DNA of 64,000 nucleotides, from contig NW_020845558.1 in NCBI RefSeq assembly GCF_003704095.1, forward strand, positions 496,001-560,000, given 5' to 3'. The notes under the pieces are model-generated. The model saw only the letters and a program-made list of their open reading frames with translations. It made no database searches and had not been told where the DNA came from. A program made the position numbers and the translations under genes. Source of the stretch: Pocillopora damicornis. Lineage: Eukaryota. The stretch's first letter is position 1. Every line of letters begins with the position of its first letter. Of this stretch, positions 62,501-64,000 are shown one piece after another.

Positions 62501-63189
62501 TCCTCTGACAATGGCATTCTAAAATACAGCATCTGGGGATTCTTTGCCATGCAGAGCTCTGCCGCTTCACGCGCTGTTATGACGCTGTGAAAATCTCGCT
62601 CCTGGGGAGCATACTGAATGTCAGTGTACACCTGAAAAATATACAACGTCTTAACGAGGGCTGACCAAAATAAGTTAGCAATATATCCATTAACAGAAGC
62701 AGGTTAGAGCTTGGCTGCGATGATCGGTAAAGAGCAAATGCATGGAATTTAAACGAAAAATGAGAGATTTAAATATTAGTACGGATATTAGAAAACATCA
62801 TCACATGGATAAATATAGTTCTATCATAATAAACCCCTAGAATGCTTTTCTCAGTCAACTTTTTTTTTTACCAGTGTTTTGGTAAGGAAAGCCTATAGAC
62901 CAAAACCTGAATAAAATATATTGTTACGCAAAACTAACCTGTGTGTATTGTCTCTTTCCTTTCTTGAGTAGTTCTGACTTCAGTTCGCTCTCCTTTTGCT
63001 GTAAATTTTGAAACAGGAGAGATGAGTGAAAAACGATAAGGGAACACAACACAATAACCCAAGAAACAGCTCCTGGTCTAAACTATTAGATTGAGAAGTT
63101 TTTCTAACGAGACAGTGAAGGCAAGGCCTCACCTCAATTTCAGAAGTGTCCAGTCCTCTGAAAGGCATATGCTCACACAGACTTGATAA
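59510..63189 (-). CDS. PALD1: Paladin (PTP-like phosphatase domain-containing protein), 3' exons; gene continues beyond the window
   Basis: Phase-0 exons 63189-63133, 62998-62939, 62631-62482, 61940-61791 (DFDRIL...VFNCEIGKSRTTTGMAIA, CX5R), 61325-61245 (VPNAKYTLGEF), 60440-60300 (KREVD..LD.ISETMTPMHYH.RE.IF), 59803-59510 (LERYFYLILFNTYLH...W...FSQWMTEVA..AGVYEML...LRWRW). These match the paladin C-terminal half as I recall it. Confidence 0.9.
60585..60776 (+). mobile_element. Same MITE family, copy 3 (paladin intron)
   Basis: Co-linear with 36961-37172; ends GGATGTAAAGGGCTAA. Confidence 0.7.
60853..61238 (+). repeat. Hairpin-rich interspersed repeat, copy 2 (paladin intron)
   Basis: GTCCAATTTGGTCTATAATCATACGTGTGATAACAAAATCAGAC / GTCCGATTTGTTTATCACGAGTATGATAACAGACCGAATTGGAC stem, plus a TTACCAATTAATCATAA / TTATGATTAATGGGTAA inverted pair. 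Confidence 0.7.
62125..62290. repeat. Imperfect (GTT)n/(GCT)n microsatellite in a paladin intron
   Basis: Trinucleotide runs that explain the poly-C, poly-T and poly-V ORFs in the track. Confidence 0.9.
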
Positions 63190-63840
63190 CTGAAGTAAAA
63201 AAAGTCAATAGCTTAAGGGATTTCTAAAATTCTGACAGCTATAAGAAATTCTTTGTAACCAAGGCGGAATTCATTGTCACTAGAAAACCAAAGCAAGACG
63301 AAACGTGAAGAAAGAGATAAAGGAGTTATTATTTATCTATGTAAGCGCTCTTCAAATCATGTCTTATTCCATATCAAAACAAGGTTTAAATTTACTCCTG
63401 TTTCATGTTTTGTGTATCGTAGGTGATACAATTGACTGTAAGGACCAGGACTGTGGATCAGAAGGACTGTGGACTGAATAGACCGTGACAAAATGCAAAC
63501 TATAAAAGAACACAGATCGCCAACATCAACCCAGTGTCAACCGCTATGGCTATGCAGCCGGTCACCCCTCCCTTACCCAGCGAAAGTTAGCAAAACGGTT
63601 CAAGATAATCAAACTGCTATTGACGGCAAACTGCAACAAGTGTCACTATGGCAAAATGCGTTTCGATTCATTTTATCCTCACCTCTCTTGGACTAAATGT
63701 ACTTCCATCACAGTCCACGACAAGATCCTCTCTTAGATTTAAGAAAACGACTTTGGGATGAAGACATTTTGGACCCAAAAGATAATGTGCAACATTGTTT
63801 AGGCCCTGAAAAGGCAGAGGAACGTGTTACTAAATTAAGC

Positions 63841-63990
63841 GTCTCAATGTGGTTAACCGCTAGCTGTAAAACGGCTAAAAACTTTAGCCGTTAGCCGTAA
63901 AAAAAAGTTAACCGTAACTAAAATTTCTGGTGAAAACAATGGAAAGAAATTAACCGCTAGCCGTAAAAGCCATAACCAATTGAGACCCTC
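63841..63990. mobile_element. Short MITE-like element with internal TTAACCG(C/T)TAGCCGTAAAA sub-repeats
   Basis: GTCTCAAT ... ATTGAGAC inverted ends; 3-4 internal direct repeats. Confidence 0.5.
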
Positions 63991-64000
63991 TGAACAGTGA

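Overview
AT-rich, intron-containing animal DNA. The repeat families and gene content point to a cnidarian, probably a stony coral such as a pocilloporid (inference). Left to right: (1) an intronless class-A GPCR CDS (+, 6672-7643) with the aminergic Asp3.32 but no TM3-ECL2 disulfide; (2) three complete tandem SLC6 Na+/Cl- transporter genes (+; A 9675-20447, B 26196-36458, C 42654-52982) with conserved exon sizes, all reconstructed exon by exon in frame; (3) a fourth, stand-alone SLC6 first exon (38175-38412) that shows purifying selection and is phase-compatible with gene C exon 2, so it is probably an alternative first exon; (4) a secreted fibrinogen-domain gene (-, 54803-58310); (5) the 3' part of a paladin (PALD1) gene (-, 59510 to beyond the window). 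Non-coding DNA holds two Penelope-like retroelement remnants with minimal hammerhead ribozyme motifs (one with inverted terminal repeats and a 12-bp TSD, lying between the two candidate first exons), tRNA-derived SINEs, several MITE families, a cryptic ~22-bp periodic array, microsatellites and a 10-N assembly gap. Coordinates were counted by hand and may be off by a base or two; repeat boundaries are approximate.
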